A stretch of DNA of 41,154 nt from Planctomycetota bacterium (GTDB lineage: Bacteria > Planctomycetota > Planctomycetia > JALXBF01), in assembly GCA_026991575.1 (NCBI GenBank), contig JALXBF010000156.1, positions 1-41,154 on the forward strand, in the 5' to 3' direction. The translations under genes and the position numbers were made by a program. The notes beneath the pieces are model-generated. The model saw nothing but the letters and a program-made list of their open reading frames with translations. It did no database searches and was not told the origin of the DNA. Shown here one piece after another: positions 1 through 8,067 of this stretch (position 1 is the stretch's first letter; every line of letters starts with the position of its first letter).

Positions 1-1
1 A

Positions 2-106
2 GTCTCCAAGATCATCGACACCCAGGCCGATATGTACGAAGGCATGATCGTCGGCATTGTGGTCATCGCGGCCGTGGCGCTCAGTCGTCGGCGGGGGAGC
101 GAATAA
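2..106 (+). CDS. 3' end of a probable sugar ABC transporter permease (RbsC-like), partial
   Basis: Frame from position 2 reads VSKIIDTQADMYEGMIVGIVVIAAVALSRRRGSE* (TAA 104-106). The hydrophobic 'G.IVI.AV' ending followed by basic residues is typical of RbsC-type permease C-termini. Confidence 0.55.
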   Translation, partial: VSKIIDTQADMYEGMIVGIVVIAAVALSRRRGSE

Positions 107-107
107 C

Positions 108-1175
108 ATGCCGGCCGCCCGCAAGAAAAGCTCCGACCAGCCCAACGCTATCGCCGCGCTCCAACTGTTGACCCGACCCGGGCGACTCCCGACCGGCCGG
201 CTCTACGTGCTTCACGGGTCGGATCCTTTTCTGAAGCGCGAGTGCTGGCTCATCATCCGTAACCGTCTGCTTGGTGAAGGCGATCCCGGCTTGCAGGTGA
301 GCGAGTTTTCGGGCGATGGCGTGGAACCGCGAGACGTCTTCGATGAGCTAAACCTGCTGCCGTTCGGCGGCGGTCGCCGGATTGTACTAGTCGACAACGC
401 CGACAGCTTCCTGTCGACCTACGCCCAGGTCCTGCTGAGGCAGCTTGCCAGCCCCCGTTATCGGGGCGTGCTCGTGCTGCGCACCAACGGCTGGGACCGA
501 CGGACGAAGCTGGTCCAGCACCTGGAGAAAACCGCATGCGTGATCGACTGCAACCCGCCGCCGCCACGTTCGATCGCCGCGTGGTTGCCGGCTTGGGCGC
601 GCGAACGCTACCAGAAGAAGCTGCAGCCGAACGCCGTACAGATGCTGATGGAGTTAGTCGGCGCCGAACCGGGTCGCCTCGATCAGGAACTCGAGAAGCT
701 GTCCGTTTACGTCGGCGACCAGGCAGAGATCACGGCCGAGGATGTCGACGCGCTCGTCGTTGCCGGTCGAACGCGAACGGTGTGGGAGTTGGTCAATGCG
801 ACCGCCTCAGGTGATGCGGCAACGGCGTTGCGCATCCTGGACAAGCTGCTGTTGGCCGGGGAGTCAGCGGTCGGCATCCACGCTGCGATGGCGCTTCAGT
901 TCCGGCGGCTGGCTCGAGCTGCACGGCTCATCCTTAAGGGTACCCCGACGCCAACGGCTCTGCGCGAGGCCGGGGTGCCCGCGTTTGCCGTGCAGGCCGG
1001 CGTCGCACAGCTCCGCCACATCGGCCGGGTTCGACTGCTACGAATGTACGATCTGCTGCTGGAGGCTGATCTGCAGTTGAAAAGCAGCGATGTCGATCAG
1101 CGGCAAGTCCTGGAACGGCTTATCCTAACGCTCGCAGCGCCGGCTGACGCGGTCAGCTCGCAAGTGCTGGGTTGA
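108..1175 (+). CDS. holA: DNA polymerase III subunit delta
   Basis: Motifs YVLHGSDPFL, LPFGGGRRIVLVDNAD, LDQELEKL, TVWELVNA and LLEADLQLKS. ATG at 108, just after the upstream TAA. Confidence 0.93.
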   Translation: MPAARKKSSDQPNAIAALQLLTRPGRLPTGRLYVLHGSDPFLKRECWLIIRNRLLGEGDPGLQVSEFSGDGVEPRDVFDELNLLPFGGGRRIVLVDNADSFLSTYAQVLLRQLASPRYRGVLVLRTNGWDRRTKLVQHLEKTACVIDCNPPPPRSIAAWLPAWARERYQKKLQPNAVQMLMELVGAEPGRLDQELEKLSVYVGDQAEITAEDVDALVVAGRTRTVWELVNATASGDAATALRILDKLLLAGESAVGIHAAMALQFRRLARAARLILKGTPTPTALREAGVPAFAVQAGVAQLRHIGRVRLLRMYDLLLEADLQLKSSDVDQRQVLERLILTLAAPADAVSSQVLG

Positions 1176-2791
1176 TCACTTTTCCGTAACTGGCTCCGTT
1201 GCGGCTTGCCCCAGGCAACGATTGCTGCGCCCGCGGTTGGTCCCCCTCCCCCGTGGGCCGGCGCGATCCAACGCCCACGCGGATGCAACGTGATGTCCAT
1301 TGACGCGGAGCGCCGCCGCCGATACAGGTGGCGAGGCAGCAGACCACTGCGGTCGTAGAAGGTCAACTGTCCTGCCGGCGCATAGGAAGCCAGAAAACGG
1401 TTGGCTGCCGTCTGGTCACGCCATTGACGCGGCTCACTGGATAGCACGATCCAGTCCGCAGCAGCCGGCGGTCGCCACTGGGGTGAGACACGCCAGCCGG
1501 GCAGCTTGAAGGCCAGGTCGCTGAAGTTTGCGAAGCCGACCTGCGGGGGGGAAGCCAACGCCCAGTAGTGTGCCACGGCGACGCTGCCGGTCACCGTCGC
1601 GACGGCACGCCGCCAGCTTGCCAGCTCACGCGCTCGTTTCCTCAGCCAACCATAGTCACGGCCGTCCGGCAGGCTGGTCACGGCGGCGGCCAGGGTAACA
1701 ACTGCCAGCGTTCCTAGCCCGAATTGGCCAAGGCGGCTTCGCAACCGGGAGCGTCCGGGAAGACCCGGTGCACCGTCGGCGGCAGTGGCAGCAGCCGCAC
1801 ACCAGGCGGTCACAAAGACTGGCAGCAGCAGATGGTTCTCGATGGCCCCCCACTTTCCCAGTGCGGCCGCTCCTGTGAAACTCGCTGCAAGGGTCGCGGC
1901 CAGCAGCCACCGGCTCTGACCGTACAGCGCCGCAATCGCCGGACCGCCTGCCAGGACCAGCCATGCCGCCGGTGGCAACGCGCACAGGGCCCTCCAGAGT
2001 CGGCCGGCACTGTAGCCGTGGTGGGCTGGCCACCGCAGCGTCCAGTAGCCGAATGCGACACCGTCGTAGTGGAGTACGACCAACGCGATGACCGATACCG
2101 TAGCGGCTAGGGCCAGGCAAGCGGCCGCTGCTGCCCTCCGGAGCGAACGGCTGTGTCGCTCTGCCGCTGCAGCTACCAGCGCGGCGACCGCGACTGGAAG
2201 TGCGGTCTGCTTCGTGCAGCAGGCCAGGCCAAAGAGCACGCCGGCCAGGGCTCCTTTCGCCTTGGCCTGCGCCGGTTTGCGCGCCGCGGCCTGCAGAGCG
2301 GCAAGCCCCCCCAGCACGAAGGCGGCCATGACCATGTCTGGTCGGGCCACGTCGTAGTACCGCGCGCACACCGGGTAGCCGATCACGACCGTCAGGATTG
2401 CACCGGCGCGTCCGGCGTGGCACCGGGCCCCCCGTACCAGAATGAGTATGGCAACCAAGAACGCGGCCAGCGAGACCGCACGTCCTGCGGTGTAACGGTT
2501 TGCCTGGGCCGGGGTAAGCCGCTGCAGTGCACCGGTGAGCCAGTAGTAGAGCGGGGGGTAGGGACTGGGAAAAAGTTCTGCTGCCGGGGGGGCGTAAGCG
2601 TGGCCGGTGCGGGCGAACCGCCATGCCCGGTAGAGCTCATAGTCCTCGAACGCATCGAGTGGGAAGGGTTGTGCAACCCGGGCCAGGACAAACGCAGCCA
2701 GCCATGCCAGGCAGGCCCAGGCGGCGATGCTCCAGGCGGTCGCGCCGATACGGACGGGCGAACCGGGGGACAGCAGAGACGCCTTCGTCAG
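1097..2791 (-). CDS. Multi-pass membrane glycosyltransferase, GT-C fold (ArnT/PMT-like); start uncertain (CTG 2791 or ATG 2872)
   Basis: Many hydrophobic helices, an acidic first loop (PLDAFEDYE), and motifs PYPPLYYWL, GRAVSL, ARPDM and LACCTKQT. Lies directly downstream of a GT2. The ORF-track extension to 3154 overlaps the GT2 gene and is not considered real. Confidence 0.72.
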   Translation of the reverse strand: MTKASLLSPGSPVRIGATAWSIAAWACLAWLAAFVLARVAQPFPLDAFEDYELYRAWRFARTGHAYAPPAAELFPSPYPPLYYWLTGALQRLTPAQANRYTAGRAVSLAAFLVAILILVRGARCHAGRAGAILTVVIGYPVCARYYDVARPDMVMAAFVLGGLAALQAAARKPAQAKAKGALAGVLFGLACCTKQTALPVAVAALVAAAAERHSRSLRRAAAAACLALAATVSVIALVVLHYDGVAFGYWTLRWPAHHGYSAGRLWRALCALPPAAWLVLAGGPAIAALYGQSRWLLAATLAASFTGAAALGKWGAIENHLLLPVFVTAWCAAAATAADGAPGLPGRSRLRSRLGQFGLGTLAVVTLAAAVTSLPDGRDYGWLRKRARELASWRRAVATVTGSVAVAHYWALASPPQVGFANFSDLAFKLPGWRVSPQWRPPAAADWIVLSSEPRQWRDQTAANRFLASYAPAGQLTFYDRSGLLPRHLYRRRRSASMDITLHPRGRWIAPAHGGGGPTAGAAIVAWGKPQRSQLRKSDQPSTCELTASAGAASVRISRSRTCR

Positions 2792-3537
2792 GCTGCCCGC
2801 CGCAATGGTAGCACCGGTTCCACGCCGATCTGGTCGGCGATCTCGAACTGCACCCGCCGCTTGCGGTACCATGCAATCGCTCTGAGGTCTTGCACTGGCT
2901 TGATCAGTCGGTTGAAGAACGTGTACTTGCTGCGTTCGCGTTGTCGCGGCCGGTGGTTGACGACCACTTCCGTGACGCGGAATCCTTCGATGCGCGCCAG
3001 AGCCGGCATGAATCGGTGCATGCCGTCGAACGGCAGGAAACGCAGCGCGAGGTCGCGGCGGATCAGTTTCAGGCCGCAGCCGGTATCGTGCACACCGTCG
3101 GCCAGCTTGCGGTTCCGCCACCAGTTGGCCAGGCGGCTGACGAGCTTCTTCCACAGCGGGTCCTTCCGGTCACGCCGCCAACCGCAGACCAGTTCCGCCT
3201 CGGCGCTGGCGCGCAGCAGCTTGGGAAGGTCGCGTGGGTCATTTTGGAGATCCGCGTCGCTGGTGACGATCCAGCGGCCCCGGGCAGTGTGGAAACCGGC
3301 GATGAGCGCGGCCGACTGACCGCTCTTGGCTGCCAGTCGGATCCCTCTCAGGTAAGGACGGTTAGCTGCAAGGCGCCGGACCTCGTCGAAGGTGCCGTCG
3401 GTTGAGCCATCGTCGACGAGGATGATTTCGAACGAGCAGCCGACCTGTCGCAGTACCTGCTCCCACTCGCACACCAGCGGCTCGATGTTACTGGCCTCGT
3501 TGTGCGCGGGGCACACGAGCGATAGTTCCACGTCCAT
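2788..3537 (-). CDS. Glycosyltransferase family 2 (polyprenol-phosphate glycosyltransferase, DPM1/ArnC-like)
   Basis: Motifs LSLVCPAHNE, VDDGSTDGT, GQSAAL, DADLQNDP, DTGCGLK and MHRFMP. ATG 3537 has GGAGG upstream; ATG 3561 is an alternative start. Confidence 0.92.
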   Translation of the reverse strand: MDVELSLVCPAHNEASNIEPLVCEWEQVLRQVGCSFEIILVDDGSTDGTFDEVRRLAANRPYLRGIRLAAKSGQSAALIAGFHTARGRWIVTSDADLQNDPRDLPKLLRASAEAELVCGWRRDRKDPLWKKLVSRLANWWRNRKLADGVHDTGCGLKLIRRDLALRFLPFDGMHRFMPALARIEGFRVTEVVVNHRPRQRERSKYTFFNRLIKPVQDLRAIAWYRKRRVQFEIADQIGVEPVLPLRRAA

Positions 3538-3588
3538 CCATTGCCCTCCTGGCTGCGCCATCGACCGTGCCTTGCCGCCGCCCGATTC

Positions 3589-3903
3589 TCAGGCAGCCTG
3601 TCTGTGGTCGGTCATCGACACGACGACCCCGCTTTCCTCGGGCCGGCGGTGCCAGAGGATTAGGTTCCGGGCATAGACCACAAAGCCGATCGATTGGCCC
3701 ACCATGAAGACCGGGTCACGTCGGATGGTCGCATAGATCAGCAGCAAGATGCTGCCGGCAAGGCTCCAGTACCAGAAAGCGAGCGGCAGGACGGATGCCT
3801 GCCGCCTCTCGGAAACGACCCATTGCCAGAGCATTCGCATGAAGTAGCAGGCCTGGCCTGCAAATCCGATTGCGAGCACAGCGATGTCGATCCAGGTGAA
3901 CAT
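3589..3903 (-). CDS. Lipid A biosynthesis N-terminal domain (LAB_N) small membrane protein
   Basis: 104 aa with three hydrophobic segments and the signature GFAGQ..F.MR..WQW..SE...S..P..FWY.SL.G...LL.YA..R.DPVF..GQ..G..VY.RNL. Confidence 0.88.
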   Translation of the reverse strand: MFTWIDIAVLAIGFAGQACYFMRMLWQWVVSERRQASVLPLAFWYWSLAGSILLLIYATIRRDPVFMVGQSIGFVVYARNLILWHRRPEESGVVVSMTDHRQAA

Positions 3904-3935
3904 TCAACCACCCTTCGCACGCGATGTTGTGGGGC

Positions 3936-5600
3936 CTAGCGGCGCACGGAGTCGTCGGCCGGCGCGATGCCGGTAACCCTGGCCCGCGGACGTGACAGAT
4001 CGATCGTGATCTCGTCGCTCTGCACGAAGGTTCGGTTTCCGGCCGCGTCGATTACGTCCAGCCCAATGCGCAAGCTGGGGGGGACCTGCCCGATGGGCAG
4101 CGTCCACTCGTACAGGCCGCTGTTGGCGATCTGAGTGGCGATCGGTTTCCAGTTGCCGTTGACGCCGAAGTACAGCGACACCGGCCGCTCGGTCAGGTTG
4201 CGGTCTTCGGCCCGCCAGCGGATGATGATGCGTCCGGCGGAGCGGCCTTGACCCGGAGCGACTTCGATAAGCTGGGCCATGGGCGGGGTCCGATCGAGCT
4301 CGACCCAGATCTCTGGCTTGTCACCCGACGTGGGCGGTTCATCGCCGAGCCCGACACCGCTCTTGACCACCATCCGGAACCCGACCAGCCCATCCCGTCC
4401 GCTCAGGATCCGCGCCAGGTCAACGCGGAACGGCGGCCGACGATCCGGGTCCTCACCGTACAGCGTCCAGCTCTTGCCGCCATCCAGCGTGTACCACAGC
4501 TGGACGCTCCCAATCCCCGACGGGCCCACGTCCTCAACGGCATAGTCGATGTTCACGGCCGTGTGCCGCACGATGGTGCGGTTGGCCGGGACAATGTCCG
4601 TGGTTGGGGTCGCCGGTCCGGCAACGGGGGTTTCCATGCCGCTTTGCCGGACGGCCGGGCTACCCGCCACATCGCTGCCTGCCGGCATCGTCGGTGCGGT
4701 GCTCGGAGAAGTGCCAGGCGTGTTGGCCTGAGCCGGTGTTGGCGACTGCCGGGTTCGCCCTGACATTAGGTCTCCGAAGGACGGAAGTGTCGGCGCGGTG
4801 GGGCTGGTGTTCGACGCAGCTGCGGTCACGGGATCGGACGACTCCGTCGACGGCTCTGGCAGCTTCGGCAGCTCCGAGACAGCACGGTTCGGCTCGGTCA
4901 CCGTGTCGGGGTCGTGGGGGTGGCCGGCCGTACCGTGCGTGGCCGGGTGCGTGTCTAGCGACGTGGCCGGGATTTCTACCTGCGCGATCCCCAGGTTATG
5001 TGCCTGGTCCTCGACCTGGACGCGAACGTAGACGGTACCGGGCTGCTCCACCTCCCAGGTCGCCTCGCCGGCGATCCGGAACACGGCCGACGGAACCGGC
5101 TTCCACCGTCCCTGCTCGCCAACCCGGTACTCGATCTGGAAACTGTCAAACTTGACGTGCGGGTCCTGAATCCGCCATCGTACGCCGACTCGGTTGCCCT
5201 GGCGCGGCAGTGGGGTGAGCGTGATCTGAGGAGGCTTCGTGTCGACGATCACCCTTAGTTCGGGCTGAAGTTCGGAGATCTTGGCCGGCACTGCGTTGCC
5301 GTCGCGGTCCACGGTGCGAACCGCGAACCAGTACTCGCCGTCGCCCGATGCGCGGAACTGGAAGTACCGCTGGTCTGGATCCTTGGCAGGCGTGACACTG
5401 GTGTATAGTTCCCAGGCGCCCCGGTTCTTCGCCACATATAGCTGGATCTCCTTGATGGCGCTCACCTCGTCGCCATCGGCCATCTGGTACGGGATCCGGA
5501 AGCCTGACAGACGGGTGTAATTGGGCCGACCGGGTTGCTGCGCGAACGCCGCCGGAACGGCCAGAAGTGCTACGAGCACGGCCAACAGGACCTTGCGCAT
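3936..5600 (-). CDS. Secreted planctomycete protein with two beta-sandwich-like modules and a Pro/Thr/Ser-rich linker
   Basis: ATG 5600 has a strong GGAG-rich SD. Signal peptide MRKVLLAVLVALLAVPAAFA. Repeated 'VDT.PP' / 'LDRTPP' modules. Confidence 0.8.
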   Translation of the reverse strand: MRKVLLAVLVALLAVPAAFAQQPGRPNYTRLSGFRIPYQMADGDEVSAIKEIQLYVAKNRGAWELYTSVTPAKDPDQRYFQFRASGDGEYWFAVRTVDRDGNAVPAKISELQPELRVIVDTKPPQITLTPLPRQGNRVGVRWRIQDPHVKFDSFQIEYRVGEQGRWKPVPSAVFRIAGEATWEVEQPGTVYVRVQVEDQAHNLGIAQVEIPATSLDTHPATHGTAGHPHDPDTVTEPNRAVSELPKLPEPSTESSDPVTAAASNTSPTAPTLPSFGDLMSGRTRQSPTPAQANTPGTSPSTAPTMPAGSDVAGSPAVRQSGMETPVAGPATPTTDIVPANRTIVRHTAVNIDYAVEDVGPSGIGSVQLWYTLDGGKSWTLYGEDPDRRPPFRVDLARILSGRDGLVGFRMVVKSGVGLGDEPPTSGDKPEIWVELDRTPPMAQLIEVAPGQGRSAGRIIIRWRAEDRNLTERPVSLYFGVNGNWKPIATQIANSGLYEWTLPIGQVPPSLRIGLDVIDAAGNRTFVQSDEITIDLSRPRARVTGIAPADDSVRR

Positions 5601-5781
5601 CGAACTCCTCTCCTTGCGTGTGCAGTCCGCACCTCCGTGCCGCTGGCCCATCGCAGCCACGACGCAAATGGGGCGGGGCGAGCCGACACTACCGGGGCCA
5701 GCATCACCAGCGGTTCCTATAGGCATTGCCGCTGCCGAATGCAAGGCCAGTTTTCCGGCGTCCTGCCGCACTCGGTTGCCG

Positions 5782-5810
5782 TGGACGGTGTCGGGTTCGA
5801 CCGGTACAAT
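5782..5810 (+). promoter_or_regulatory. Putative sigma70 promoter for the DUF1570 gene
   Basis: TGGACG (5782-5787), 17 bp spacer, TACAAT (5805-5810), in the divergent intergenic region. Confidence 0.4.
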
Positions 5811-5839
5811 CGCCGCATCGAATGGAAGAAGCCCCCCCG

Positions 5840-6682
5840 ATGAGCACGACCGACACCAACCCTCGTCACACTCTGTGGTTACGCACTGTTCTGGCTGCCA
5901 GCGCGGTGCTTGCGGCCGGTTGCGTCAGCCTCCACCGCGCACCGAGCTACGGCCAGCCGCCTGCCCAGACGGCCTACACCTTATGGGTCGGCCCATTTGC
6001 CGTGCGCACCCTGGAGCCGCTGGACGAGGACGGCGTCGAGGCGCGGGCGTTGCGTGAGGTGGCTGACGAGGTGGATGCGATTCTCGGCAGCCGACCGGTG
6101 CACGACCCCATCGAAGTGTTCCTGTTTTCGGACCGTGGCCGCTACGAACAGTTCCTCGCAGCGCACCGCGGCAAGCTCCCGTACCGCCGCGCCCTGTTCG
6201 TGCGTGAGGGAGCGCGGCGCAAGGTGTATGCGTACCGCAGCAGCCGCATTGCACGCGATTTGAAACACGAAGCGGCCCATGCCCTGTTGAGCGTGCGAGC
6301 CGGCACGATCCCGCTGTGGCTTGATGAGGGACTTGCCGAGTACTTCGAGCCCCCCACCGAAGACCGCCACTTGCAACCGGATCACGTGCGCGAGCTCATC
6401 CGGCTCTACGACCACCGCCTGTGGCGGCCGGATCTAGAACGTCTGGCCGCGATTGATCACGTCGCCGATTTCACCCGACGGGACTACGCCGAGGCATGGC
6501 TGTGGTGCCATCTGTTGCTGGAGGGATCGGAGACGACACGCAGGGAGGTGGTCGCGGCCATTGAACGGGACGGTGGTCGGAGTCTCCCGCAGCGCTTGGC
6601 CTTGATGGCAGAGAACTGGCCCAACCGTGTGCTGGAACATCTGGCCGGGCTGCGCGTGCTGTGCGAGCAGCTGGAACGGTAG
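5840..6682 (+). CDS. DUF1570-family zincin-like lipoprotein
   Basis: Lipobox LAAGC; HEAAH followed by WLDEGLAEYFE (gluzincin-like); DYAEAWLWCHLLL. ATG 5822 is an alternative start. Confidence 0.8.
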   Translation: MSTTDTNPRHTLWLRTVLAASAVLAAGCVSLHRAPSYGQPPAQTAYTLWVGPFAVRTLEPLDEDGVEARALREVADEVDAILGSRPVHDPIEVFLFSDRGRYEQFLAAHRGKLPYRRALFVREGARRKVYAYRSSRIARDLKHEAAHALLSVRAGTIPLWLDEGLAEYFEPPTEDRHLQPDHVRELIRLYDHRLWRPDLERLAAIDHVADFTRRDYAEAWLWCHLLLEGSETTRREVVAAIERDGGRSLPQRLALMAENWPNRVLEHLAGLRVLCEQLER

Positions 6683-6723
6683 GAAGCTCCAGGGGGGGCA
6701 CAAGGTACGGACCACGCGACGGT

Positions 6724-6729
6724 TATAAT
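6724..6729 (+). promoter_or_regulatory. Perfect -10 hexamer TATAAT upstream of the DUF2617 gene
   Basis: TATAAT in GC-rich intergenic DNA about 80 nt before the CDS. No clear -35 element. Confidence 0.35.
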
Positions 6730-6805
6730 TGAAGCGGTCCACGAGGTAGTTGGAACGGTTGGGCGTGGTCGTGGCGGTGTTTCGCCTCAGTGCAGCTACG
6801 CAAGG

Positions 6806-7366
6806 GTGGCAAGTCCGATGAGTACCGGGTCGATCCGCCCCAGACTGAAAGACCTCGTCTTCGCGGTCTACGCCCGACCGCTGCACCCGGAACTGTTCGA
6901 CATCCTGCAGTCTGAGCATGAGGTGCAGGAGCAGCACGAGTTCTCGGTGTGGATCACCGACTGCGGCCACGTCGTCACCTGGCGCCATGGTGACCTGTGG
7001 CTGACGGAAGTGCTCACGGCAGCCTACCGACCGCTGCCCCGGGCACGTCGCGTGCTGAGCTTTCGGGTGCATGAGGAGCGGTCGGAAAAGATCCAGTGCG
7101 CAAATGTCATGTTCCAGCTTAGCTGCGGCGTTGAGCAGTTGAAGCCGGACCTGTTCCACCGGATTGCCGACGAGTTGGAACAGGACAGCCGCGGGCGCCC
7201 TGGGGTCGTACAGCGCTTCCCGGCTCCGGACCGGCTGCACCCGTCGGCGTTCAGCTACGTTATGCCCGACTCCCGGCCCCAGCGGCTGTTAGTGTACAGC
7301 TACCACACCTTCCCCGAAGACTACGGCGTGGTCAAGACCCAGACCATCTACGAAATCCTTGATTGA
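6806..7366 (+). CDS. DUF2617-family protein
   Basis: N-terminal RP...DL.F.VY.RPLHPELF and C-terminal HTFPED..VVKTQT.YE, as I recall for planctomycete DUF2617 proteins. Start GTG 6806 or ATG 6818. Confidence 0.7.
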   Translation: MASPMSTGSIRPRLKDLVFAVYARPLHPELFDILQSEHEVQEQHEFSVWITDCGHVVTWRHGDLWLTEVLTAAYRPLPRARRVLSFRVHEERSEKIQCANVMFQLSCGVEQLKPDLFHRIADELEQDSRGRPGVVQRFPAPDRLHPSAFSYVMPDSRPQRLLVYSYHTFPEDYGVVKTQTIYEILD

Positions 7367-8034
7367 TGACGGCACCGAACCGACGGGCATGTTTCCAGGC
7401 GCTGGAGCAATGCGGCGTCGTAGCCGTAGTGCGTAGCGAGGATCCCCACCTGCTGGCGGAAACGGCCCGGGCCTTGGTGGACGGTGGTATAACGGCCATC
7501 GAGATCACCTTCACCGTGCCTGCCGCCCACCGGGTCATCGAGGAGGTTGTCGGCCAGGTGGGTGACCGGGCGCTGGTAGGCGCTGGGACGGTGCTGGATG
7601 CGGCCACGGCTCGTGTCGCCCTGTTGAGCGGGGCCGGCTTCGTGGTCTCGCCCATTCTGGATCGCGACACCGTCGAACTGTGCCATCGTTACGACGCACT
7701 GGTTATTCCGGGAGCGTTCACGCCTACGGAGGTGGCACAGGCCTGGCAGTTAGGCGTCGATGCGGTGAAGATCTTCCCAGCCGAAGTGGGCGGACCGCGT
7801 TACCTGAAGGCCCTCCGCGGACCGTTGCCCCAGGTACGGCTCATGCCGACCGGAGGCGTTACCGTAGAGACCGTTGCCGCTTTCTTTGAAGCCGGGGCGT
7901 GGTGCCTGGCTGCCGGCAGTTCACTTGTCCCCCCGCGCGCCATCGCCCGGCGGGCCTGGGATGAGATCCGTCAGCGGGCCGAAGCGTTCCGTGACGCGGT
8001 CGAAGCATTCCGGCAGCGCGGCCGGGCCGAGTGA
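7366..8034 (+). CDS. eda: KDPG/KHG aldolase
   Basis: Motifs VVAVVR, IEITF, VGAGTVLD, FVVSP, PGAFTPTE, VKIFPA and MPTGGV. TGATG overlap with the upstream stop. Confidence 0.93.
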   Translation: MTAPNRRACFQALEQCGVVAVVRSEDPHLLAETARALVDGGITAIEITFTVPAAHRVIEEVVGQVGDRALVGAGTVLDAATARVALLSGAGFVVSPILDRDTVELCHRYDALVIPGAFTPTEVAQAWQLGVDAVKIFPAEVGGPRYLKALRGPLPQVRLMPTGGVTVETVAAFFEAGAWCLAAGSSLVPPRAIARRAWDEIRQRAEAFRDAVEAFRQRGRAE

Positions 8035-8067
8035 ACACGCCGTGCTGCACAGCGAGAGGACCAACCG

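Noticed and set aside
2153..3319. Long alternative-frame or antisense ORFs (e.g. 2153-3319, 24102-24989, 26909-27907, 28202-29260, 32377-33612, 36633-37892)
   Set aside because: These are shadow ORFs of well-supported genes, expected in high-GC DNA with few stop codons, and they contain no recognisable motifs.
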